Positions 51,929 to 62,513 of a stretch of 64,000 nt of DNA are shown piece by piece; within the stretch, counting starts at the first letter, position 1, and every line of letters starts with the position of its first letter. The DNA lies in assembly GCA_004022145.1 (NCBI GenBank), contig RCNU01000002.1; one strand, given 5' to 3'. The position numbers and the translations under genes were made by a program. The DNA comes from Paecilomyces variotii (taxonomy: Eukaryota). The notes under the pieces were generated by a model. The model did no database searches. It worked only from the letters and a program-made list of their open reading frames with translations, and was not told the origin of the DNA.

Positions 51929-53050
51929 TCACTTCTGCTGTTTTCCGAACGGCTGGTTTTCCTTCAGAGGCTTTGGGAAGAGTGGACCCCCGCGAGTTGG
52001 CATCTGTATGGCGGGTTCCGGGGCAAAAAGCCAAGAGAAGTCGGCAGGCTCGTTCTCACAGATGAGAATCATCCCAGGAAGGCCGCAAATGCGTAGATAT
52101 GACAGACGGCTCGCTTCGAATATGAACACCATTGACGACGTCTGTTTCACATTTTCCAGCTTCATGCTGGCACCCTTGATCTTGGGGAAGGTTCCGATCC
52201 ATTTCACGAGCTCCTTCAGCTCATCGCGAGAGAATGTCTTCGACACGTGGAGTGAAAAAGTCGCAAGGAGGCCAGGAGGGTTTCTCCTCATGGACGAGGT
52301 CGAAGGGGTAATAGGAATCTGTGCCAGCGGGAGGGTGATAGAACCCATTCCAACTTTTGCTGCATAGCTGGGGGTCTTCACAGGAGAGGACTTTCTGAGC
52401 GTGTCGATCAGGTCTGCGACCTCGATGAATTTCTCGCCGTTCTGGGCGCGCTTCCTAACCTCAACGAGCACTTTGGACGTAAAGGAGAGCTGAGTTCCCG
52501 CCGAGAAGGCAATAGGATCTCTATCATCACCAGCAGTCAGGATCTCGACAATCCGGCTTTTGGGGCTAGGGTTTCTGGTGGCCAGAAAACTAAAGCAGCA
52601 GTCAAAGATGAGAATGATATCAAGTGGGGCGTCGAACGGTAACACAGTCTCATCCACGAGTAGCGAGACCAAGCGAGATGCCGCAATCTTCTTCCCCGAG
52701 GTGCTGTTCAGTATCAACTCATTGCTATCACTTGCACCACCATGACCCGCGTAGTGGATCAACACCAGACTACGGCCGGGAGCAGTACTGGCCTTGCTTA
52801 TTATAGCTGATATCTTGTTTATGACTTCGAAGCTGGGAGTCGTATGTGCTTTCGGGATAACGTATGTCTGGGGTGTTGGGAAACAGAGAATCCTGGCCAG
52901 ATTCGCGAAGGTTGTCCCATCTCTGTCCGCTCGTGTATCGTCATCCTCGAATCGGAAGTGGAAGGCATGATAGTTCTGATATTTGTGCGACTGGCGCGCG
53001 ACCGCAGCACGGAGCGCGTCTTCCAGCTCTTTCTTCGACACGCTGGACAT
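51929..53050 (-). CDS. Caspase-fold (clan CD, C14/CHAT-like) protein with an extra C-terminal alpha/beta domain; intronless, 373 aa
   Basis: LVLIHYAGHG followed about 45 aa later by IILIFDCCFS (His-Cys dyad on strands), then IVEILTA and SFTSKVL.EV as in the caspase p10-like half. Confidence 0.7.
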   Translation of the reverse strand: MSSVSKKELEDALRAAVARQSHKYQNYHAFHFRFEDDDTRADRDGTTFANLARILCFPTPQTYVIPKAHTTPSFEVINKISAIISKASTAPGRSLVLIHYAGHGGASDSNELILNSTSGKKIAASRLVSLLVDETVLPFDAPLDIILIFDCCFSFLATRNPSPKSRIVEILTAGDDRDPIAFSAGTQLSFTSKVLVEVRKRAQNGEKFIEVADLIDTLRKSSPVKTPSYAAKVGMGSITLPLAQIPITPSTSSMRRNPPGLLATFSLHVSKTFSRDELKELVKWIGTFPKIKGASMKLENVKQTSSMVFIFEASRLSYLRICGLPGMILICENEPADFSWLFAPEPAIQMPTRGGPLFPKPLKENQPFGKQQK

Positions 53051-54537
53051 GACGAGAGTAAGGACTCTAAAAAGAAGGATAAGTCTGAGCTAGGAATTTC
53101 GAAATCTTGATGATATTGCAGATGAGTGGGGTTGGTTTGGTGGATGGAGAATCGAGAACTGCTTTTGAAGAAAATCTGCTTTAAAAGAAAACTGCAAAAC
53201 AAAGAATCTAGTGAATACGCGCCTGCCTGGGACACTGGCGGTTGCCAGGTGGCTATATTGATCCGACGGAAGTTTCCAGTTGTTATCACCTGGTGAATTT
53301 CCCAAAAAGGTCTAACTCCCCTGGTCAACTTGCGGTTGTTTTTGTTCTAATTAGAATTCAATACTGTTAATTCAGGAATAGAACTAGTACTTATGAATGA
53401 GTAACGGAATATGCTAGGCTGCTATGTAGGCAAATGTCATTCGAGCCTACCGAGTCTGCAGAGCCATGGTGCCATAGGTTCTGTTTGTCCATAAAGTGGC
53501 TGTCAAGAGGGATATTCCCGCTAGGAAGACCTAAAAATTACTCTTTGAGTCTACAATTGAATGTACTTGTATCAAAAAGCATCTTATCACAAGGGATTAG
53601 AAATAGGAGAACTCCTGAGAGAGAATATATTGTCGGAGTCTGCCTACAGGCAGACCTCCTTTCGGGTTTCTCCCACGCCTTTCTAGCTCCCCCACCCACA
53701 GGGACAAATAGGCTGAGCTAGTTGCTAGATGAATCCAAGCCCAGCGAGCTTCGCTCCAGATATATTCATGGAGGGTGTTGGAAAGACGAGACAATGCGGC
53801 TGCTCTATGCACTTTCTCTTTATACCGCTAATAGCACATTGAATAGAATTATTTACTCTGCGCCTAACTCAATCAGTATTATGCAACAGTATTACCGATT
53901 GTTGCCTATTATACCATTACCTGGGTAGTTCCCGGTATATTTACTTTCTGTTGTGACATACTGGAACTAGAACAAGTTAAGCTTTTGCTCTCTGTTAGGG
54001 TCAAAGTAAATCCCTACGTATAATTGGCGAAATTATATACTAATGGAGCTGGACCTAGCCAGTCATTTTTTTTTTCTCTGCATAATAGGACTTACGTCGA
54101 ATATTACAGTAAATGGCACGGAAGCATAGTCTGATCTGAACACCGTTGAATTGCTTGCTTGCTTGTAGGTCAAGCAGAAGATGGTTGTCAAGTGATACAC
54201 TCGCGGTTCAAGCCCACTTTATACTTTCGAACTAATACTTCTCTCTAGCTATATTCGTATCAGATTTTCCGTAGTCAAATGCTTCAGAAGGAAGACTACC
54301 CGTCATTGTCTTTAGAGGTTATACAAATATGTGTCGAGGCCATGTAAAACGGGCCATATTTCAATTGACTCTTAACTCTGTAAACAGAATAAGCAGCGCA
54401 TTCTATAGATCCAGATCTATTCTAAACATAAACCATGACGCTTTTCCTCGTGCGAACTCTAATATGTCGTTGCCAGACGGTCACTCCCGCCTCCGTCTCT
54501 TGACTTTTAAGTATTCTTTCATTTCTTTTCCTTTCAT

Positions 54538-56132
54538 TTACAGTCTGGAGCCGTTGCGTTCGGGGATATCCTCAATCTTGTTGGGGATTTCCTCCGCTCT
54601 CATCTTGCCCTCGAGGATTCCTGCGGAGGGGTTAGTCACTGAGCTGAGATATTGATCAAGGAGCAGGAGTGGTTCACTTACTTTGGACGGCGGTAAACAG
54701 GGGGAATTCTTCCTCGAGTCCCTGCTTCTTCAGGAACTTGTTGACCTCCTCAGCGGTCGATGTACCCTGGAGCTTCTGTCCATTGAGCTCTGCCTTTTCG
54801 ACCTCCTCGATGCTCTGGCCCCTCTGGACGCTTAACTTGGCACAGCGGAAGTTACGACCGCCGTTGCAGCTAGTGATCAGATCTGCCACACCCGCACTTT
54901 CTTGCAAGAATGTCTTGGAGTCAATGGTGGCGCCGAAAAATCGTTCACCAAACTTCACCATCTCCAGCAGGCCAACGCGCATAACAGCTGCCTTTGCATT
55001 GTCACCCCAGCCCAAGCCTTCGACCCAACCGGCGGCCAGAGCGATTATGTTCTTGAGAGCACCTCCCAGTGAGACTCCCGCGACATCGTCCACAACACGA
55101 ACGTGGAAATAAGGGCGGTGGAAGAGGGTCTTCCACAGAGTGTGGTCAACAGGGGGGTACTCGTTTGGCAGTGCTCGCAGCTTCACCTCCGCGAACTGGC
55201 CCGAGGTGTCCTTGTGCTCGAAATGGATCACGTCCTCTGAGGACGCCGAGGGCGACGGGGCCTTAGAGTCCAAGGGGGGCGAGTGATAGGCAATACTGGT
55301 CTCAGACCAGAGCTCCTTCGCAACCTCAGTTGCAATATTCGCGCCAGAGAGCGCACCACAGTAGATTCCGAGCTTCTTGCCAATGGTCTCCGAGAACAGG
55401 CTCACACCTTCCTCATTCACGTCGACACCCTTAATGCAGGAGATACCACGGGCGTACGGCAAGATCTTCCCCTTCAGCTGGTCGCAGATCTTGATGATGA
55501 ACTGGTGTGGCACGTTGAAGATCAGGATGGTCGCATCGCGGACTGCGTCTTCCACCGAAGGGTTGGCGTGCAAGTTCGGGGGCAGCGCAATCCCGGGCAG
55601 GTACTTGATGTTCTCGTGGAAGTGGTTAATGACCTCCGTCAAGTTCTGTGGCCCCTGGCAGAGAGGGTCGGAGGGGTCGTAGTGCTTCGAGTCCTTGGGT
55701 ACTTCCACCTTCTCCTCGAACACCCACATCTGCACATCCCGCTGGAAAGTATCACTGTGTGCGGCTGTGTTCTCAGCAGCGATCTTTGCAATGGCCGAAC
55801 CCCTGTATTTTTGTCAGCTCTCCTGCGCCCTGTCTTCTCCCCCATGTGGTTGGTTCTGCTTACCAGTTTCCAGAACCGATAACGGCCACCTTGTGCTTGC
55901 GCTGGTAGGTTTGAGACGGCATCTTGTCGGGTAATGGAGCGTATGTTGTGAACGATTGGGACAAACTACGTTGGAATCGTAGCGCTGAGGCAAGAACGGG
56001 GGATTTATGGTAATCAGGGCGTTTCGAGGGGGGCAATGAGTTACAGCACCTGGTGGTCAGGAACCGCTGTAATAAGAGCTTGGGTCGAGGAAATAACGTC
56101 CGAGCAGGAAGCCAACGCACTGACACGGTCAT
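54538..56132 (-). CDS. GPD1: NAD-dependent glycerol-3-phosphate dehydrogenase; two in-frame ATGs (56132, 55922); C-terminal SRL
   Basis: Exons 56132-55864, 55802-54682, 54620-54538. Motifs [58 protein letters not shown]. Paralog identity (gfdA/gfdB; GPD1/GPD2) is uncertain. Confidence 0.93.
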
Positions 56133-57769
56133 CCAAAGGACGATAATAGAGTGGAGAGGATTAATTAAATCACAGTGATTTCACAGGGGCAGAGTTGGAT
56201 TAATTATAGCCAGGAATCCGTGATGTCAAGTGTGCCAGAGAATAAGTAAAGGACAACCAACACTGGGAAAGATCCCGGGCCAGCAATACAGCTACGTCAG
56301 TTGTGGGCCGCTTTTTTTTCTAGGGTCCTCCAGCACGCACGTGAGTGGTGTACCGAATGCGGCACCGATCTTATCGCCTCGGTGAGGGGAGAGAGAGATT
56401 TGGAGTTCGGACCACTGTGCTCAGAAGAGAGAGATCTACATATCGTTCATAACTAATTCACTTGTGAGCTCTGATGGTCTGCTCGACAACCGAGGGAACT
56501 CCAGATGAACACGGAGTCCATGCCTATATTACCCGATATGATCAACTTCCGCAGAACGGATACGGAATAGCCTGGTAGAACAAGGGCGCAGGCAACTAGA
56601 TTATTCTGAATTTACAATGCTATTCAGTACCTAACTAACTATGTCCTGAAATGACAATTAGTATCTGCATCTGCAAACACAGTTAGCTCTTTATTTACAA
56701 TGGGGTATCTCTATCCATGGCTAGGTACATAGCCACGTAAAGACCTAGACAGTAGCAATCACTTCATCGGAGCGGTGCACTGGGCTTTTTGGCAGGCTCC
56801 GGCCAGAGTTGAGCCCTGAGTATCAAAAATTCGCCGTCTCTCAACGGGACAATTGCCGTCCTCAGCGGTGTGTCACGCGAGAACTCTCTATTCCAGTATG
56901 CAAATGCTCGCTGTCACGCCCGGAGGGAGAAGAAAGTAGAAACGACGCGTGTGCTCGCTGGTTTGTACGATATAAATCAGTAGTCCGAGTCGCTATCAGC
57001 GCGAATATTCCATCTGCTCGATATTCGCCTAAGGAGCGTGCTACAACTTGCGAGATTTCGTCTATACTTGGAGTCACTCATACTCGACGCATCTGGCGGT
57101 TCATCTGTTTTCCGATCTTATTGGAAGTATCCCTTCGCAGTCCGGTCTTACATGCGTCGATCAAGGGGAATGCTCAAGACCGTCGCAGGAAACACAATAT
57201 GAAAATGTCGCGCAGGATACCGGCCACAAGCTGACCGTTGCTCAACCATGTCGGCCGACGCCATGGATATTGATTCGGATCATGCGCCGGACTTAACGAC
57301 GTCTATGGTACGCAGCTCGGTGAGCGCTGACGTTGTATCAGCAGGCTTCTGCTCACCCCTGTTGACTACTCTGCATTCCAGATCCAATGCTGGCAGTCCA
57401 TTAAGTAGAGTATGGAAGAGTAAACGAAGAAAGTTATCAAAGACAAATAATCCAATTGGATACATCAATCAATACTATGACCATAAGCAACTGCTGGCCA
57501 ATAGCCAGCATAAAAGTGCCTTGTCACGCGACTACCAATAGCCAGTTATAAACGATAGATATAGTAATTCAAGCAGATAAACAGACCAAGAAATGTTAGA
57601 TATGATAACCGCTATTACCGACTGAGTAGTCTAAACACCATGGATCGATCTATCAAGTATATTACTGTCGTTCATGTATTTTTGAGCCAATATATCGAGG
57701 ACCTAATTGAACAGCATTACACATGAGTAGACAAGAGTAACAGCCGCATCGGTCGGACATTAACGGCGA

Positions 57770-58575
57770 CAAATCCCGACCGACGTTCCTCGATGCCTCA
57801 TTGTCGCTGAAAACATCTTCTACGAGCTTGCAATGACGTATCTTGAACGCAGCAAAGAGCTATCCGGTATGCTGAGCCGTTTTTCGATATTTCAAACACA
57901 TACTTACGCGGCGGGGCGTCCCCGCTGAATTGGTGCGGAGAAGGTTGGAGTGCGGAGTAATTGGATCGTCTGCTCCTCAGAGATGAGCCCAGTGAGGATA
58001 CTCAGACTGGTTGCGGATGAGGCAGCTCGGCCATGGGCAAAGGTCACCATGCGCGGTGATGTAGATCAGAAGGACCGCCACGGGCACACATCAACCAAGC
58101 GATTCTTCAGATTCGTGGAGGTGAAAGAGCAGATCGCATAGACCGTGGATTAGACGCATACTTGAGACGGGATCTAAAAGATGGATTGAAGGTAAAAGGG
58201 CCTGGGGTTAACGTTACACCCGCACGCCTTCATCTCCGTCAACCAACAGAGGTATTATTGCCTAAGATTCGAAAGCTGTGGGACTAGAGCGTCAACTTCT
58301 GCAGCAACAGAGACGGCCCGACATGGGTACATGCAAGACATCTGGGTTGCCGGGGCTATGCGGAAGGTGTATACTATTGCGGCTTGAGTAAAAAAGACAT
58401 GCTTCAGTCAGCAGTAAATAGGGTAGAGATGTGTTGGACTGAAGAGGAAGTAAATGCTGCAATTGCAGATGAACTGAAAGCCATAGACGCTGGTGATGAG
58501 AACAAACAGGGTTATCTCCACCGTATGCTACGCATGATGCGCGTTTATCATACAGACTGGGGAAGAACCGGGTGA
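57770..58575 (+). pseudogene. Possible decayed gene of unknown family
   Basis: One frame is open from 58060 to 58575 except for a single TAG at 58285-58287 (..LLPKIRKLWD*SVNFCS..GVYYCGLSKKDMLQSAV..). Protein-like sequence lies in an adjacent frame upstream, and there is a GTATGC donor near 57867. Confidence 0.35.
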
Positions 58576-58845
58576 TGTATAGGGATAGAGTGAGGCAGGG
58601 AGTAGGTTCGCAATAAACCGGCGGCTAAAAGACTATAGCCCTCTGTCAAACAACAGCCTAAGCTCCTCGAGGTTGTCTTGTGAATACAAAGCAGCCGATA
58701 TTCGCAGGACTTATATTCGCCGTCATGTGATCAGAATTATGTGATTAGTCATCGAATGCGGAGCCCCACCGGGCACAGCATGCTCTATTCAGTGTATGAT
58801 CAGTGAAACTTCGGAGCAGATAATACTGCAACGACATCTTGAAGC

Positions 58846-59399
58846 ATGGTAAGTCAAACTCGATCAGATAGTAGTATGTATACTGACTCTGCAAGGCCCC
58901 TATACGCCCGAAGCAGCGGCAGACGTCCGCGAAGAAAACCGCCAGCGGACGAGGCGCGCTTTTCGAAGACGAGTTCCGTACAACGAAAAAAGACAAGCGC
59001 ACCATCAAGCATTCCACCTTCGTTTCCAAGATCGAAAAGACCAATCCCAAGCCTGCCAAGCGGAGACGTGCCTCAAAAAAGCTCGTCGCTAACCTGGACT
59101 CGTTGGCCGATGCGCTACCAGATGCTGAGGAGACGGAACAAAATGGAGGCAACAGTCAGGTCAACATCATCAAGCATAAAACGTTGAAAACTCGGCCGGG
59201 CGCGATGAAGAGGAAGGAAAAGCTTGAAAAGATTGAACGAGATCGATTCGTAAAGAACATGGCTCAGTTGGCGGGCGTGGAAGCTGCAGCAGCAAAGTCA
59301 GACACCAATGCGGAGCAGCCTTCGGTGTCGAACCGGTTCGCAGCGCTGAGGAACTTCATCTCGCAGACGATGGAGCAGCAGCCGGCGTTCAAGAAGTGA
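58846..59399 (+). CDS. SLX9: Ribosome biogenesis protein Slx9
   Basis: First coding exon is only the ATG (58846-58848), intron GTAAGT..AAG to 58895, exon 58896-59399. Motifs TTKKDKRTIKHS.FVSKI, KRRRASKKLVANLDSLADALP, RPGAMKRKEKL..ERDRF.KN, RFAALRNFISQTM. Confidence 0.85.
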
Positions 59400-60494
59400 A
59401 CTCCTACGGCTATGTCCGAGATTTTGCATCTCGGTTCCTTTTTTCACTTATGCCATACCTTTTCAGGGATTGGTTCTGTCGACGCGACATCTCAAATTGC
59501 GCGACTGAATAGTCTTCCCAGGGTTGCACAATTTCCCTCGATCATTACTCCGAAGACTAGGGACTCCTTCAGCAACTCGTGCCGGGTTCATCGAAGCGTT
59601 GCGGCCACGCCCGTTGATACCCATGGAGAACTAGTCCGCTTAAAAATTTGTGCGGCTGCGATAAACCAGTGTAAACCCGACTAGGGAGAGACTACACGAG
59701 GTTTCTGGATATGATATGTCATGTATCCGAATAGAAGGGCGGAATGATCAAAACATTATCCTTTTAATTACGAAAGAATAAAAGTAAAAAAACTAATCCT
59801 GAAGCTGCTTGCTTGCTGTTATTGACCGGACTGGAGTTCGATCCTGGAGCTTATCAGAACATTATCAAACGTTAGTTAACGATACGTGATAACCAATTAT
59901 TTCTTCGACCCCTGGTTGAAATCACGTGCTCTCGCTTCGCTTCGTGATGTAGAGACATTCATAAATGGCTAATTCTGGTATCAGAGACAGTTCGAATGGT
60001 AAAATAGAGAGCTGCGATGTACTTTAGTTCGAATAAAAATCGTAGTTGAATTTTAAGTACATTCCTGATCGGCACTAGAGACCTTTCCGTTAGGGAGTTT
60101 TGTTCCAACCACTCATTTCAATCCCAGGTAGTGTATATATCTCTTGTATTTGGGACTGCGCTTACGCTGCAGGCCCTCTTTTTAGGATATCAACCACATT
60201 TCTGGCCCAATCACCGGAACCATGGGGAAAGACAGACACACTTGCCACATCGTCCCTTGTCTTGACTGCGCTGGCGCGGGGTTCTGAGTAGAAATGAAAC
60301 CACCTGCAAAAACGCCCAGGTCATTTGGCCGCGCAACATTGACAGTTCAAGTACTCCTGTATATCTGGATATTCTTTGATGAAAGATGGCCTGGCGCAGC
60401 AGACTCGGTTAGCAGTATTGGATACTGCAGAGGAGATCAATGTTTATCGCTCGGATAAGGGTAACCCCCGTTCTTACCAACAGAAGAACTGGCC

Positions 60495-61213
60495 ATGGGG
60501 TCCGTAAAGTCTTGTTTTAGCACGGAGGACCTCATGCAAGGTAAGCAACAGAATCACTGCAAATCAGAGGCACAGCATAGACTAATAGACGAATATCCTG
60601 AGAGATAGGCCTGAAAACACTGAACAATGAAATGGGAAAGGACGAGATGCTGGCAGCGTTCGCACCCATCACTTTCTTATCCACCGGGGGCTTCCTTGCT
60701 CTCCGCTTCCTGAAGAACCGCCAAAGCACTGGCGATCTCGATTATCTCCTCGAACCGGAGTGGTCTATGGACAACGACATCAAGGCACCCCTGCATGATG
60801 CTATAAAGAGAGTCACGAGACGTCTAAACTTTGCCGATGACTGGCTCAACGACGAAATGGCCTTTTTTGTCCCCCTACGTTCTCGAAAACACCTATTCGA
60901 CGAGGCTCAAAAACAAAATATTGTCCTTTGGCAGGGAAAGAACCTGCGCATTCTAGCCGTGCCACTGGAGTGGGCGCTGGAGCGAAAGTTGAGACGAATC
61001 CATGCTGGAGCTCAGGGACCGAAACGAGGGGCAGACATAAGTGACGCCGTCGCCTTGTTGAAACATATCAGGGACCGAAACGGGGGCAGATTAGACAGGG
61101 AGCGCATCCGGACTTTCAGTATGTGCTCATATGAACCGCCACCAAACCGACAGACCATGGATCTTGTCGCCTTCGCATATCGAAGGAAGTACAAAGAGGA
61201 AGTTTTCGTTTGA
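60495..61213 (+). CDS. Pol-beta-superfamily nucleotidyltransferase-like protein (AbiEii/DUF6036-like), ~216 aa
   Basis: Exons 60495-60540 and 60609-61213 (GTAAGC..CTAAT..TAG). FLSTGGFLAL..KNRQSTGDLDY (GG..DxD), DDWLNDEM, ALERKLRR, KRGADISDAVALL. Confidence 0.75.
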
Positions 61214-61448
61214 AGTGCCGAAGTTACCCACGACAGGACCATGGCACTTGTACTGAGATCACAGGACGAGAGCTTTTGCTCGTCTTTCACGATATCCCTT
61301 TGGGGTCGGCGTATAGTTGGAATCCATGAGCAGATTGACAATCGACACGCGGGCAGATGTGGAACAGTGGCTGGGAATGCACTGACACTACCATGCAGCC
61401 CTTGGAACCCAGGAAAAGTACTCGAATAGCCGATAAGGCGGTTTCTTT

Positions 61449-62210
61449 TCAGACTGTGTAGAAATAGCCTGTGTTGGTGACGATGTTTCGTTTTGCGAAT
61501 ATTGAGCTCTCGCCATCGGGTTCAAGCACCAATCTGCCCGACGAGTCAAGCATCTCTGCTGGCAGGTCTGCAATCGACATCAAATCAATGGCAGGGACAT
61601 GTTCGGTCCAGAAAGGTCCTTTTTCTGGGACAAACGGTGGGAGCGGATCGTCGATCGACTCGCGGTAGATTCCTTTCCCGTTGCGCCTCATCCCAATACT
61701 TAGTCGCCAGTTAACGGCCTCAACAAGCTCCTCTATGATACAGGCGATAATGGCGTATCGTACTGGATCATCATCATGGGGATCTGGGATCTGGCCCAAC
61801 GCCCATGACTTCCCAGCCTGTTTGAAGAAGTATTCAACCTCCTGCCACATTGCAATATGATGTCTCGCTGCCATAATCTCGTATATCCTGTAGACAGCCC
61901 GGATCGGAGTATCTCTCCAACGCCAGACCGGTATTGAGCGCATCTGCTTCAGGTTCCTAGCTTCCATTCGGGTCTGGAGCAGAGCGGTGTTGTTCATCAT
62001 AGTCCTGAACGAGACCTGGTCGGGTAGAGGAAAGTACCATGATGGTAGAGGGATAAAGAGGCAAAACAAAGCTAACCAAGGATGTTGATGACAAGACCTG
62101 AGACGTTGAGCGCTTGCACGCAGTTGCAGCGGCGTCTCGAAATTGCGGACGAACCTGCGCAGGCGATATCGCCAGGTTATCCGTGGTTTTTGTCGGCCAT
62201 TGGATGGCAT
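61449..62210 (-). CDS. Uncharacterised 253-aa intronless protein convergent with the nucleotidyltransferase; candidate antitoxin/partner
   Basis: Clean ATG-TGA ORF with family-like motifs RDTPIRAVYRIYE, EVEYFF, W.L.QIPDP.D.DPVRYAIIAC..EELVEA.NWRL..GMRR, PFWT..VP, SSIFAKRNI. Confidence 0.7.
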   Translation of the reverse strand: MPSNGRQKPRITWRYRLRRFVRNFETPLQLRASAQRLRSCHQHPWLALFCLFIPLPSWYFPLPDQVSFRTMMNNTALLQTRMEARNLKQMRSIPVWRWRDTPIRAVYRIYEIMAARHHIAMWQEVEYFFKQAGKSWALGQIPDPHDDDPVRYAIIACIIEELVEAVNWRLSIGMRRNGKGIYRESIDDPLPPFVPEKGPFWTEHVPAIDLMSIADLPAEMLDSSGRLVLEPDGESSIFAKRNIVTNTGYFYTV

Positions 62211-62513
62211 GTGTACAGCACCCAGAGTGAGCCCGGGACGTCAGAGCGGGTTTACGCTTCCTTTATCGCAGAGAATGAACATGGCCTTTCGAGCAGCTAT
62301 TTACAACGATCAATAAATAAATATATGGAATAGAACAAGGATGGGCGGTGAACCCTCGCACTACTAAAGGCGGGTCCGTAAGTTGATGGTCAAAAATGGC
62401 ATAGCGCAATTTCGCAAAGGCTATCGATAAGGTCGGAAAAGCATCAACCCCGCGAGCCTTGTTCGTTTGGTTGAATATTCCTTTTCTTCTATTGCGCGAT
62501 CGAAGCACCAAGC

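Noticed and set aside
51696-52367. 223-aa plus-strand ORF
   Set aside because: It overlaps the motif-bearing caspase-like gene on the opposite strand and has no recognisable motifs; treated as a shadow ORF.
54200-54220. GGTTCAAGCC T-loop/B-box-like motif (also GTTCGATCC near 59836)
   Set aside because: No complete T-stem, acceptor stem or D-arm could be folded, so not called a tRNA or SINE.
58846-58895. ATG-only first coding exon of SLX9
   Set aside because: An intron directly after the start codon is common in fungi; recorded in the gene model, not novel.
59884-59927. Imperfect inverted repeat ACGTGATAACCA...TGGTTGAAATCACGT upstream of the NTase gene
   Set aside because: Short and bulged, with no matching end on the other side of the gene pair; not evidence of a mobile element.
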